Origin: Acidimicrobiaceae bacterium UBA2093
Lineage (GTDB): Bacteria > Actinomycetota > Acidimicrobiia > Acidimicrobiales > Ilumatobacteraceae
Direction: 5' to 3'
Assembly (NCBI GenBank): GCA_002331255.1
Contig: DCZD01000002.1
Coordinates: 101,077-165,076, forward strand
DNA: 64,000 nucleotides
The position numbers and the translations under genes were made by a program. How positions within the stretch are numbered: the first letter of the stretch is position 1; each line of letters begins with the position of its first letter. Under the pieces are notes generated by a model. It ran no database searches. It was given only the letters and a program-made list of their open reading frames with translations, and was not told where the DNA came from. Of this stretch, positions 53,439 through 62,935 are shown one piece after another.

Positions 53439-54493
53439 TTGACGCCGACCAGCGAGGCTCCGAGCCGTCGCAGTGACGGAGTTGCCGAGCCGATCTGTAG
53501 CTCCATCTCTTTCACGAGTAAGTAGTAACGGTGCAATGGGTAATCACGGTCAACCCCCATGCCGCCGTGCAAGTGATGAGCTGCGCGAACGACTCGTCCT
53601 GCACCTTCTGCTGCCCAGAACTTCGCTGAATACAACTGCTCATCAACGGGCACACCTTCGGCAAGTCGCCATGCGCACTGCCACGCCGTCAGGCGCACTG
53701 CCTCGGTGTCTATGTAGGCATCTGCGGCACGCTGACTGACAGCTTGAAAACTAGCGATCGGCTTGCCAAATTGGTTTCTCGTTGTGGTGTACGACGAGAT
53801 GAGGGCCAAGGATTCCTGGCATGCACCCGAGTTCACCAGGCACGCACCTGCAGTTCCTGAACGCAGCAGCATGCGAACAGCTGCTTCGCCTCCGAGTTTC
53901 TCTGTTGGTGCGCCATCGAATGTCACCATCGCATCAGGAATTCCTGTGGTGGTGTCCTGTCGTGTCACAGTGACTCCGGGGGCGCCCGCTTCGACGACAT
54001 ACAAGCCGTCCACGGCGGTTACCACGAATCGAGATGCGATAGTCCCTGCTGGAACACATACTTTGGTTCCGGTGATCTTTCCACTACTCACGGATGTCGT
54101 CGGTGTATAGGCATCGCCAACTGCTTCGTGTATCGCAGCAGTGACGATGACATCGCCATCAGCCACGCCGGCAAGCAGGTCGTCGCGTCCAGCGGCCGTC
54201 AGTGCAGGTGCGCCGAGCGCCATCACGGCGAAGGCAGGAATTGGTGCTGCGGTGCGACCGACTTCTTGCAGCACGACGGCTGCTTCGAGGAAGGACAGAC
54301 CACCACCCCCGACTGCTTCCGGAAGTGCAATGCCCACGCAGCCAGAAGCAGCGAGAGTCTTCCAAAGCTCGAGATCAAAGCCAGACGATGAGGCGAGCAC
54401 AGCGTTGTAGCGCTCGGTGTCGGTGCCGTCACGAAGAATGCGCTGAGCAAGACCCTGCAGTTCTTTTTGCTCTGCGGTGAGTGAGAAGTCCAT
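53435..54493 (-). CDS. acyl-CoA dehydrogenase family protein, short beta-type subunit
   Basis: 352 aa with HLHGGMGVDRDYP. No GGTxE motif (reads QIGSATPSL). Confidence 0.82.
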   Translation of the reverse strand: MDFSLTAEQKELQGLAQRILRDGTDTERYNAVLASSSGFDLELWKTLAASGCVGIALPEAVGGGGLSFLEAAVVLQEVGRTAAPIPAFAVMALGAPALTAAGRDDLLAGVADGDVIVTAAIHEAVGDAYTPTTSVSSGKITGTKVCVPAGTIASRFVVTAVDGLYVVEAGAPGVTVTRQDTTTGIPDAMVTFDGAPTEKLGGEAAVRMLLRSGTAGACLVNSGACQESLALISSYTTTRNQFGKPIASFQAVSQRAADAYIDTEAVRLTAWQCAWRLAEGVPVDEQLYSAKFWAAEGAGRVVRAAHHLHGGMGVDRDYPLHRYYLLVKEMELQIGSATPSLRRLGASLVGVK

Positions 54494-55695
54494 CAGCGAG
54501 CCGTCCTTGGGAATCCGAGAGAGAACATAGAAATGAGGTCGCGCTGGCTCTCATTGGTGCCACCACCGAACGTGAGAATGAGCATTCCGCGATACAGCGA
54601 TTCGAGTCGTGCACGAATCTGTGCACCTGCAGTGCCGTCCCGTAGGTAGCCGACTGGCCCGAAGATCTCGAAGAGAAGACGGAACGAGTCGAGGTAGCCC
54701 TCGGTGCCGAACACCTTGATAGCGCTGCAGTGGCCGATGTCGAGTACACCTTGCGTCGCTTCCCATGCGCTCTGCCAGTTCATCAGGCGCAACACGTCGA
54801 TGGTGGAGTAGACGCGGGCCAGGTTCAACTGCACCCATTCTTGGTCGGCGACGCGACGTCCATCGGGCAACTTGGTCTCTTCTGCCCATGACTTGGTTTC
54901 TTGAAATGCTCGTTCGATGACACCTGTGCTGCACAGTGTCACACGTTCGTGGTTCAACTGGTTGGTGATGAGGGTCCAGCCTTGGTTCTCGCCACCGACA
55001 CAGTTAGCCACGGGAACGCGCACATTGTCGAAGTACACGGCGTTGATGTCGTGCTCGCCGATCAATCGCAGCGGCTGAATGGAAATACCGGGTGTATTCA
55101 TCGGCACGATGATGATGCTGATGCCCTTGTGCTTCTTCCATGTCTCACCAGCGGGCGTCTCAGACTCAAGTGGCCCAGTGCGAACCGCGAGCCAGCAGTA
55201 GTCGGCATCGCTTGATAGTGACGTCCACATCTTCTGGCCGTTGATGATGTACTCGTCACCATCGCGTACTGCGCGAGTTTGTAGTGAGGCAAGGTCGGTA
55301 CCGGCACCTGGTTCGCTGTAACCGATGCAGAAGTGAAGATCACCGGCGAGAATCTTTGGCAAGAAGAAATCCTTCTGCTCTTGCGAGCCAAAGTTCATGA
55401 TCGTCGGGCCGACCGTGTTGATGGAGAGCATTGGAACGGGGGCACCCGCACGCATTGACTCATCAAAGAAGATGAACTGCTCGATCGCAGAGCGACCTTG
55501 CCCACCGTATTCCTTGGGCCAGCCGATACCCGCCCAACCATCGGAGCACATCTGCTTCCAGACGCGTCGCGGCTCTTTGCCAATGCCGTGACTCTTTCCT
55601 AATTCCGCTACGACCTCTGGCGTGAGCAGGTGTTCGTAGTACGTGCGAAGTTCCTTACGCAGCGTTTCTTGTTCGACGGTGTACCCGATGTCCAC
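54493..55695 (-). CDS. acyl-CoA dehydrogenase, long alpha-type subunit
   Basis: 400 aa. GTG start with GGGGG upstream. C-terminus GGGTNESQRDLISMFSLGFP. Confidence 0.88.
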   Translation of the reverse strand: MDIGYTVEQETLRKELRTYYEHLLTPEVVAELGKSHGIGKEPRRVWKQMCSDGWAGIGWPKEYGGQGRSAIEQFIFFDESMRAGAPVPMLSINTVGPTIMNFGSQEQKDFFLPKILAGDLHFCIGYSEPGAGTDLASLQTRAVRDGDEYIINGQKMWTSLSSDADYCWLAVRTGPLESETPAGETWKKHKGISIIIVPMNTPGISIQPLRLIGEHDINAVYFDNVRVPVANCVGGENQGWTLITNQLNHERVTLCSTGVIERAFQETKSWAEETKLPDGRRVADQEWVQLNLARVYSTIDVLRLMNWQSAWEATQGVLDIGHCSAIKVFGTEGYLDSFRLLFEIFGPVGYLRDGTAGAQIRARLESLYRGMLILTFGGGTNESQRDLISMFSLGFPRTAR

Positions 55696-55787
55696 TGACT
55701 ACCCCCAAGGTGGTTGGTCCACGATGTCCACTTTGGAGGGTAGTTCGGGGTGCGCTTCGGCGAGAAGGTGAAGGGTACGATTCGCCA

Positions 55788-56816
55788 ATGAAACTCGGTT
55801 GGCACATCGGTTACTGGGGAAGGTCGATGCCCCCCAACGTGCCCGAGACCATGAAGATGGTCGAGGCACTCGGATTCGACTCGGTATTCACGGCCGAGAG
55901 CTGGGGAAGCGATGCTGTGTCACCACTTGCTTGGTGGGGGTCGATGACCTCGAAAATCCGTCTGGGTACGAACATCATGCAGATTTCGGCACGCACACCG
56001 TCTGCCGCCGCGATGGCAACGATCACGCTCGATCATCTCTCTGGTGGTCGATTCGTGCTCGGCCTCGGAGTCAGCGGGCCACAAGTGGTCGAAGGTTGGT
56101 ACGGCCAGCGATTCAACCGACCACTCGCTCGTACGCGAGAGTACGTCGACATCATTCGCAAGATTCTTGCCCGCGAAGATCGCCTGACGAACGACGGTCC
56201 GGAATATCCGATCCCTGCTCGTGACGGATTGGGACTCGGAAAAGCTTTGAACGTCATGACACATCCACTGCGAGCCGATGTCCCGATCTTTTTGGGGGCA
56301 GAAGGCCCGAAGAACGTGGCGCTTGCCGCAGAAATAGGGGACGGGTGGTTTCCGATTTTCTACGCACCGCGTCATGAAGAGTTGTATCTGTCGCATCTGA
56401 AGGAAGGTTGGGCGCGTCCGACCGCACGTCGCCATGAGAGCGAGTTCGAGATCCTTCCCACGGTGAACGTGTCGATCAATGAAGACATCGAAAAGGCCTA
56501 TGACGCTTTACGTCCCGTGCTTGCTTTGTATGTCGGGGGAATGGGCGCCCAAGAGATGAATTTCCATGCCGATGTGTTTCGTCGTCTTGGTTACGAAAAA
56601 GATGTCGACATCATTCAGGACTTGTTTCTGAACGGCAAACAGAACGAAGCAATTGCGAGCGTGCCGAACAAGATGATTGATGAGATCTGCCTCGTCGGTT
56701 CAAAGGCGAAAATCAAACATGACCTAGAGGCATGGAAAGACTCGCGAGTCACCACGATTGTGCTGGGTGGCAGCGTGGACACGCTGCGCACGATGGCCGA
56801 GTTGGTGCTCGGTTAA
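55788..56816 (+). CDS. LLM-class flavin/F420-dependent oxidoreductase
   Basis: Trimmed to ATG 55788 (MKLGWHIGYWG...). Motifs FVLGLGVSGPQVVEGWYG and IFLGAEGPKNVALAAEIGDGWFP. Confidence 0.85.
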   Translation: MKLGWHIGYWGRSMPPNVPETMKMVEALGFDSVFTAESWGSDAVSPLAWWGSMTSKIRLGTNIMQISARTPSAAAMATITLDHLSGGRFVLGLGVSGPQVVEGWYGQRFNRPLARTREYVDIIRKILAREDRLTNDGPEYPIPARDGLGLGKALNVMTHPLRADVPIFLGAEGPKNVALAAEIGDGWFPIFYAPRHEELYLSHLKEGWARPTARRHESEFEILPTVNVSINEDIEKAYDALRPVLALYVGGMGAQEMNFHADVFRRLGYEKDVDIIQDLFLNGKQNEAIASVPNKMIDEICLVGSKAKIKHDLEAWKDSRVTTIVLGGSVDTLRTMAELVLG

Positions 56817-56821
56817 TCGCT

Positions 56822-57163
56822 CTACTTGCCGGCGATGACCCTGTCGGTTTCGCTGCGGTGCTCGTGAATGAGGCGGATAGCCCAGAACCGCAGGAAGCGA
56901 CCGATCGAGTAGCGCAGAAACAGTGCTGCTCCGACAATTGCGAGGACTAATCCCAGCAATCCGCCCGTAGCGATGGCCGCCATTTGGTCGGCCGCGTTCG
57001 TGGTGCCTGCGACTTGGATGCCGCCAAATACGGCCAAAACAATACCTACGACCATCAACAGGCTGCCGAGTGCGAGAAGTCGCTTCTCGGTGTCACCTTT
57101 TGCCCCACCGGTTTTCAACGCAGCGATTTCGCGCGTGAATTCCTCAACTCTTCCTTCGTTCAT
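56822..57163 (-). CDS. small membrane protein, two predicted TM helices, unknown function
   Basis: Trimmed to ATG 57163 (MNEGRVEEF...), with GAAGGGGG RBS. Hydrophobic stretches are LLALGSLLMVVGIVLAVFGGI and GGLLGLVLAIVGAALFL. It lies 25 nt downstream of livF on the same strand. Confidence 0.6.
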   Translation of the reverse strand: MNEGRVEEFTREIAALKTGGAKGDTEKRLLALGSLLMVVGIVLAVFGGIQVAGTTNAADQMAAIATGGLLGLVLAIVGAALFLRYSIGRFLRFWAIRLIHEHRSETDRVIAGK

Positions 57164-57188
57164 TGTTCCCCCTTCGGTTGATTCTCTA

Positions 57189-57896
57189 TCACGAACCGAG
57201 ATAGGCCCGCGACAATGTCTCGTCGTCGAGATCGCCGGCAGGACCGACAAAGCGAACGTGGCCATGCGAGAGCACGACTGCCGAGTCGGCGACTCCGAGC
57301 ACTGTCCGAGCGAATTGTTCGACCACGAGCACGCTCACGCCAGACTCAGCGATTGCGGTGACTTGCTCATACAACTCGGCCACGACCAATGGCGCGAGGC
57401 CCATTGACATCTCGTCGAGCATGAGAACCACGGGGTCGGTCGCGAGGCCACGAGCAAGTGACAACATCTGCTGCTGACCGCCTGACAGCGTGCCGGCAAG
57501 TTGGTCGCGGCGTTCTTTCAAAATGGGGAATCGGGCGTAGGAACGATCCTCGATGACAGCAATTCCAGCGCGATCTCGCGCAGCCATGATGATGTTGTCG
57601 CGCACCGAAAGGTTCGGGAAGATTCCGCGACCTTCTGGAATGGTACAGACACCCACTCGCGCGAGAGCATTGGCTGGAACTCCGGTCACATCTTGTCCGG
57701 CTACATGAAGCGAACCACTAGTTGGCCGCATGAGTCCGCAGGCAACCTTGATGGTTGTGGTCTTACCAGCACCATTTGGACCGAGGAGCGCGACGACTTC
57801 TCCTTTGCCAACTTGGATGTCGACATTGTGCAGAACCTCGATCGAGCCATGAGCCGCTGAGACACTTCGTAATTCAAGTATTGGGTCGATGCTCAT
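57189..57896 (-). CDS. livF: branched-chain-amino-acid-type (HAAT) ABC transporter ATPase, LivF-like
   Basis: Trimmed to ATG 57896 (ATGA overlap with livG). Motifs GPNGAGKTTTIK, LSGGQQQMLSLARGL and LMLDEMS. Confidence 0.88.
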   Translation of the reverse strand: MSIDPILELRSVSAAHGSIEVLHNVDIQVGKGEVVALLGPNGAGKTTTIKVACGLMRPTSGSLHVAGQDVTGVPANALARVGVCTIPEGRGIFPNLSVRDNIIMAARDRAGIAVIEDRSYARFPILKERRDQLAGTLSGGQQQMLSLARGLATDPVVLMLDEMSMGLAPLVVAELYEQVTAIAESGVSVLVVEQFARTVLGVADSAVVLSHGHVRFVGPAGDLDDETLSRAYLGS

Positions 57897-58615
57897 GACT
57901 CGCCAACTTGTGCGCCGAGGTATGCGCGGATGACCTCGGGGTTGGTGCGCACCTGCTCTGGTTTTCCAGAAGCGATATTCACGCCCAGATCCAGTACATA
58001 GACCTCGTCGCATACACCCATGACGAGCGACATGTCATGTTCCACCACGAGCACTGTGATCCCACGGTCTCGGAGCTGTCGAAGAAGCTGACCGAGCTGT
58101 TCGCTTTCTTGTTCATCTAGTCCCGATGCCGGCTCGTCGAGCAAAAGTAATTTCGGAGATGTTGCGAGTGCGCGAGCCACCTCGAGTAGTCGGGCTGAGC
58201 CAGTCGACAACTCTCCCGCAGTTGAGTCGGCAAGGTGATCGATGCCGAGCAGTTCGAGATTCTGTCGCGCTACTTCGTCGGCATTCGGATGCGCGGCCAA
58301 TTCCGCAGCGACTAGAACGTTCTCGTAGACGGACAATGTCCAGAACAACTCGAGACGTTGGAACGTGCGCGAGATGCCCATTGCACTGCGTTCATGTACT
58401 CCAGCATTGTTGATCTCGATGCCGTCAAATCGCACGGATCCAGATGTCGGCGGGCGCACGCCGCAGATGACGTTGAACAAGGTGGTCTTACCCGCACCAT
58501 TCGGGCCGATGAGGCCAGTGATAGTGCCACGTCTGACAGTGAGATCCACGCGTGCAAGCGCGGTCACGCCACCGAACTGTTGTGTGACGGAGCGAACCTC
58601 GAGCAATGCACTCAC
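57893..58615 (-). CDS. livG: HAAT-family ABC transporter ATPase, LivG-like
   Basis: 240 aa with GPNGAGKTTLFN, LSTGSARLLEVARAL and LLLDEPASG. Confidence 0.88.
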   Translation of the reverse strand: MSALLEVRSVTQQFGGVTALARVDLTVRRGTITGLIGPNGAGKTTLFNVICGVRPPTSGSVRFDGIEINNAGVHERSAMGISRTFQRLELFWTLSVYENVLVAAELAAHPNADEVARQNLELLGIDHLADSTAGELSTGSARLLEVARALATSPKLLLLDEPASGLDEQESEQLGQLLRQLRDRGITVLVVEHDMSLVMGVCDEVYVLDLGVNIASGKPEQVRTNPEVIRAYLGAQVGES

Positions 58616-60879
58616 GGCACGACCCCGATGGCATCGTCGACTTCCTGAAGTTCACGGGCAGAAAATGGTGTCGTTAGTCCGGCAAAGTCCGGTGAGTGGA
58701 CCGGTGCGGCAGGAGCATTCGGCTCCATCTTGCGCCGAGCGGCCTGTACGACGACTGTCGCAGCCACGATGAGGCACAGCATTCGTCCACCCGTCGGTAG
58801 ATCTACCGTCGTCGACACAAACCCGGCGATGAGTCCCGCGATGGTGAGTGGCACGAGCACTCGACGCATCTCTGAGGTGCCTCCCAGAATTGCTGGCAGA
58901 AGTCCGATCGTGCCCAGAGCCCACATGAACAACAAACCGAAGAACTGCCAATTCGAGACGATGTCAACAGTTGTAAGCGTCCAGAAAACCACTGGTCCAA
59001 CTATTGCAACGATCACGGACGGGCGATGCTCGACCATCGGTCTGAATCCGTCTCCGATCTGGGCCGACACTCCGTTCACATTTCGTCCGAGAGTCATGCC
59101 GATGAAACCGGGAGTCACCTTCGCGATGTTCGCCAAAGAGGGGATTGCTGTGGCCATCACGGTGTTTGTTCCGAGCATCACGCCGCCGAAGAAAGCACCA
59201 CCGATAGAGCTGATTCCGCCGACGATCGCGAGCAACAAGATCGGAAGGCTGCTGTCAAGGCTGTAGCGATCTGGTGGAACCTTGCCCGCGTCAAGTGCTC
59301 CCGCCAGCGAAGCGATGGCAGCAGACAAGGCGAAAGCAACCGTCTTCACCTTCAACAAATTCATTCCTAGCATTGCACCGGCCAATGGCGAATCCTTCAT
59401 CGCCACCATTTGGCGACCGAGGCCACTTCGTCTTATTGCAACCAGCATCAAAGAAACCGCAGCGAAGACAACGGACAACATGATTACTTTCTCGCGGGGT
59501 TGTTGAAAGTCGACGCCAAAGAATCGCAAGCGCGGAACATCAAGTGATCCGTTTGGAAAGACCTTCTGTTGATTGAAGATCAATGTCGAGACAAGAAGCG
59601 CGAATGCACCCGTTGCCAATGCCAGGTAGATGCCTTCGAGTCGCAGTGCTGGAAGAGCAACGACTGCTCCGATGAGCGCCACGATCGCAACAGCGGCGAC
59701 AAGCGTGAGAACACTTCCATTGCCAGGCAACTTCGCCATGAAGACGGCGCCGAGTCCGGCGAAAGTGAGCGGAGCGAGCGACACGAGACCGGAGTAACCA
59801 GTGAGAGGGACAAGTGAGAGCACGGCAAGTGCAAAGAGAAGACACTGTGCGAGAAAAATGGTGTTCGCGCGAGTGAGCAATGCGGTGAGAGCGATAACTC
59901 CCACGATGAGCACGACGGAACCGAGCACGGAAGTGGACCACTTTGGTTCGCGCGATCGCTGCGCGACTCGCACCATGCCTGCGCGAAGTTTGGCCTGTGG
60001 GAGAGCGAGAAGACAGATGAATAGAAAGATCGTGGGTGCTGCTTGACGAAGGCCCCCTGTGTTGAATCCGAAGAAGGATTTGGGGAACCACGACGATCCG
60101 CTGGTCCACAACAGGTATGCCTCGAGAAGCCCGAGCACCATTGCGCCGACAAAGGTGTACAGCAGACTTTTGAGACGTCCGAGAATCGCCGCTGCATACG
60201 CATTGATGACGAGCAGCGTCAGCGGAATGATGTTCAGCTGTACTTCAGCAGCGAGCAATATTCCGGCGTACCCCGCCAGTACCGAACCCATGGCCCACGA
60301 TGCGCTTGAGATCTGATTCGGACGCGCGCCGTTCAGTTCAGCAAGGTCGCGATCATCGACTACTGCACGCATCTGTACGCCAAGCCGTGTATTGAAGAGA
60401 AGGTATCTCAGCAGCACCGCCACGATCACGGCGCTAACGAGTGCGATGATCTTGTTCATCCCGATGTTCACGCCGAGAACTGTGATGACATTCCCTTCGA
60501 AGAATCCGCGAAACGCCGACCGGGCATCAGGTGGCCAAATCCATGCCGCAGCGCCGATGAGTCCGGCCATGAGCGCGACCGTCACCGTGAGTCGCGTCAC
60601 CTCGTTTGCTGCGCCGAGGTCGCGCAACACGAAACGCTCGATGAACATGCCAAGTAGCGGGCAGAACACTCCGAGAACAATCAGCAAGGCGAGCGGCGCC
60701 GACACCCCCCAGTCGAATCTGATCTGCCAATACACGAATGCCGAGATCATTCCGATTGCGCCATGGGCGATGTTGAAGACACCGGACGTGACATAGGTCA
60801 GCACTAGCCCGCTCGAGGCGAGCGCGTAGATGGCACCAATCGTCAGACCGATGATGGTGTATGCGATGAACTGCTGCAT
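58612..60879 (-). CDS. fused LivH-LivM-type ABC permease with an extra C-terminal membrane extension
   Basis: 755 aa. The N-terminal half is LivH-like (NIAHGAIGMISAFVYW). The second half is LivM-like (GYSGLVSLAPLTFAGLGAV). A further ~150 aa follow, with additional hydrophobic helices and a soluble tail. Confidence 0.85.
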   Translation of the reverse strand: MQQFIAYTIIGLTIGAIYALASSGLVLTYVTSGVFNIAHGAIGMISAFVYWQIRFDWGVSAPLALLIVLGVFCPLLGMFIERFVLRDLGAANEVTRLTVTVALMAGLIGAAAWIWPPDARSAFRGFFEGNVITVLGVNIGMNKIIALVSAVIVAVLLRYLLFNTRLGVQMRAVVDDRDLAELNGARPNQISSASWAMGSVLAGYAGILLAAEVQLNIIPLTLLVINAYAAAILGRLKSLLYTFVGAMVLGLLEAYLLWTSGSSWFPKSFFGFNTGGLRQAAPTIFLFICLLALPQAKLRAGMVRVAQRSREPKWSTSVLGSVVLIVGVIALTALLTRANTIFLAQCLLFALAVLSLVPLTGYSGLVSLAPLTFAGLGAVFMAKLPGNGSVLTLVAAVAIVALIGAVVALPALRLEGIYLALATGAFALLVSTLIFNQQKVFPNGSLDVPRLRFFGVDFQQPREKVIMLSVVFAAVSLMLVAIRRSGLGRQMVAMKDSPLAGAMLGMNLLKVKTVAFALSAAIASLAGALDAGKVPPDRYSLDSSLPILLLAIVGGISSIGGAFFGGVMLGTNTVMATAIPSLANIAKVTPGFIGMTLGRNVNGVSAQIGDGFRPMVEHRPSVIVAIVGPVVFWTLTTVDIVSNWQFFGLLFMWALGTIGLLPAILGGTSEMRRVLVPLTIAGLIAGFVSTTVDLPTGGRMLCLIVAATVVVQAARRKMEPNAPAAPVHSPDFAGLTTPFSARELQEVDDAIGVVP

Positions 60880-60918
60880 GTTGGATGAGGCGTGGACGGC
60901 CCCGGTCAGCTGTGTTCG

Positions 60919-62328
60919 TCAGCTTCCGCGGGTCGGATCCTTGCCCTTGCTCACATCACCGAAGTCGCCGGTGATGTTCGCAATTCCGTTCTCCCAACAA
61001 TGCCAACCGTTCGAGTTGTCGTCGGCCCCACCGATCTCGGGGAAGAGGCGCTTGAACGTGCCTCCCTCGGCGATCATGAGCGCACCGCATGCAGAAGGCT
61101 TGAATTCGCCTGGGTTGGTCTCGGTGTGCAGGCCCCCGCCCGTCCAACTGGAGACGGCCTTGGCTGCTTTCAACACACATTCTCGCTCAATGACGTTGTT
61201 ATTGGTTTCAACACACTTGTTGACCGCTGTCGCGAACAAGAGGTATGCACTGAACGACTGAAGTCCGAGGCCGGCGATCTTGCCACTCGGGTTGTACTTC
61301 TCCATGATGTCCAAGAACTGTTGCATCGCAGGGAACTTGTCTGGATTCTCGAACGACGCGTACGCCGTGCGCGCAATGACGCCGTCAGCCACAGCACCTG
61401 CCTTCGAGGCGAACTGCTGGTCGTAGAAGTTTCCGTCGTTCATGATGAGCGCTGGGCGATAACCGATCTCATCGAGCGCCTTCAGCACTGAGATGAAAGT
61501 GTCCGGAGCTCCGATGAAACTCAGGTACGTGACGCCCTTGTCTTTGATCTGCTGCGCATATGGCGCATATGACGCTTCGCCCGCCGAGTTGTATTCGATG
61601 ATCTCTGGCTCCGCACCGAGACCACCCACAACGTCCCATGCTGAAGCGAGTTGTAGAGCCACATTCTTCGTAGTGACAGCGTTGCCAGCAAGAAAGAGAG
61701 GCTTTGCAAGATCGGCCGAGCGATTTTCCTTCGCCCACAAGAGCCAGCCCGTCGGCTTCACATTCGACGGGTTGGGGACGGGTTGAACTTGGCCATCGGA
61801 CTCAGCTTTGGTGGCCGTGACGGTGTATCCGGGGATGTCGATCATCTTGCATTCGTGGAAGCGGGGGAATTCCTGGTCGTCAAAGACCAGACCTCCACCA
61901 ACCATCGCGAATGCTTCATCGCACATCTTTTCCATGGCTGCTGGAACTTGCAGCAAAGCGGCATCGGTCTCGACGAGCTCGAGAGGTACTCCCTGCACGC
62001 CTCCTTGGTCATTGCACCAGCCGATGAATGCTTTGGCGGCATCTTCTAGTTCAATGTCAAGACCCGGCAACACGGTGAAGCCCTTGTCGGTCGGGGTTGC
62101 GACCTTGAGAGTTGTTCCACCATTCTGTGCCGGGTCGACAGTTGCGTTTCCGGGGCCGCACGGTGAATCGAGATCGCCAAATTTTCCGCTGTCAGTCGAA
62201 GCTGCTGCAGTCGTGTCGGATGCTGCGGTTGTGTCCGACCCAGAGTCGGCGGAGTCTCCGCCGCTGGCTGAACAGGCACCGAGCACGAGAAGGCTGGAGA
62301 CGGCAAAGGCACTTGCAATACGTCGCAT
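60919..62328 (-). CDS. LivK-type (type I periplasmic-binding-fold) ABC substrate-binding lipoprotein
   Basis: 469 aa. Signal peptide plus lipobox MRRIASAFAVSSLLVLGAC, then a Ser/Asp/Thr/Ala-rich linker. GGGGGAAAC RBS is present. Confidence 0.85.
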   Translation of the reverse strand: MRRIASAFAVSSLLVLGACSASGGDSADSGSDTTAASDTTAAASTDSGKFGDLDSPCGPGNATVDPAQNGGTTLKVATPTDKGFTVLPGLDIELEDAAKAFIGWCNDQGGVQGVPLELVETDAALLQVPAAMEKMCDEAFAMVGGGLVFDDQEFPRFHECKMIDIPGYTVTATKAESDGQVQPVPNPSNVKPTGWLLWAKENRSADLAKPLFLAGNAVTTKNVALQLASAWDVVGGLGAEPEIIEYNSAGEASYAPYAQQIKDKGVTYLSFIGAPDTFISVLKALDEIGYRPALIMNDGNFYDQQFASKAGAVADGVIARTAYASFENPDKFPAMQQFLDIMEKYNPSGKIAGLGLQSFSAYLLFATAVNKCVETNNNVIERECVLKAAKAVSSWTGGGLHTETNPGEFKPSACGALMIAEGGTFKRLFPEIGGADDNSNGWHCWENGIANITGDFGDVSKGKDPTRGS

Positions 62329-62458
62329 GTTTCCCCCATGAGTTGACGTTGAGCGAAACGGTAGCAGGTCGGTTCGTCGCTCCTTTCAGGCGCGTAGTAG
62401 AAAATGCACGCGCCCACAGGGTGCAAATCATTCGTGGCAGAAGTCGACGGGGGAGCAC

Positions 62459-62932
62459 ATGGCGGGAGACAAGCTGCAGGTGACATTCGAGGCAGATGGG
62501 TCGCTTTCCGCCCCGCTGACCTTGTTTTATCCCTATAACCGCACGCTGGGTACGACGGTTGCGCGCTTCCTGTCGTCTCTGGCCGACAAACGCATCGAGG
62601 GTACTAAAGCCCAAGACGGTCGGGTCTTCGTGCCGCCAGCAGAATTCGACCCCTCGACTGGCACACCTCTCACTGAGTGGGTGCAGGTGGGCGACGAAGG
62701 AACCGTCGTGCAGTGGTCATGGCAGCCCGCGCCATTTGAAGACAACACACTTGACCAGCCTTTTGCATGGGCGCTCATTCTTCTCGACGGAGCCGACGTG
62801 CCGATGTTGCATGCGGTGCAAGCGAAAGCTGCTGCGACGATGTCTATTGGTATGAGAGTGAAGGCCGTGTGGGCCGAGGATCGAACGCCTGAGATATCTG
62901 CAATTCGTTGTTTTGAACCGGTGGGTGGTTGA
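62459..62932 (+). CDS. DUF35-like OB-fold protein with a Cys-less ribbon region
   Basis: 157 aa. The position of the usual zinc ribbon reads EGTKAQDGRVFVPPAEFDPSTG, with no Cys. It is followed by OB-fold-like GTVVQWSW...ALILLDGADV...GMRVKAVW. Confidence 0.65.
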   Translation: MAGDKLQVTFEADGSLSAPLTLFYPYNRTLGTTVARFLSSLADKRIEGTKAQDGRVFVPPAEFDPSTGTPLTEWVQVGDEGTVVQWSWQPAPFEDNTLDQPFAWALILLDGADVPMLHAVQAKAAATMSIGMRVKAVWAEDRTPEISAIRCFEPVGG

Positions 62933-62935
62933 GCC

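Noticed and set aside
62201-62260. Imperfect repeat in the SBP gene encoding SDTTAASDTTAAAS.
   Set aside because: This is the low-complexity Ser/Asp/Thr/Ala linker typical of lipoprotein tethers. It is not a distinct genetic element.
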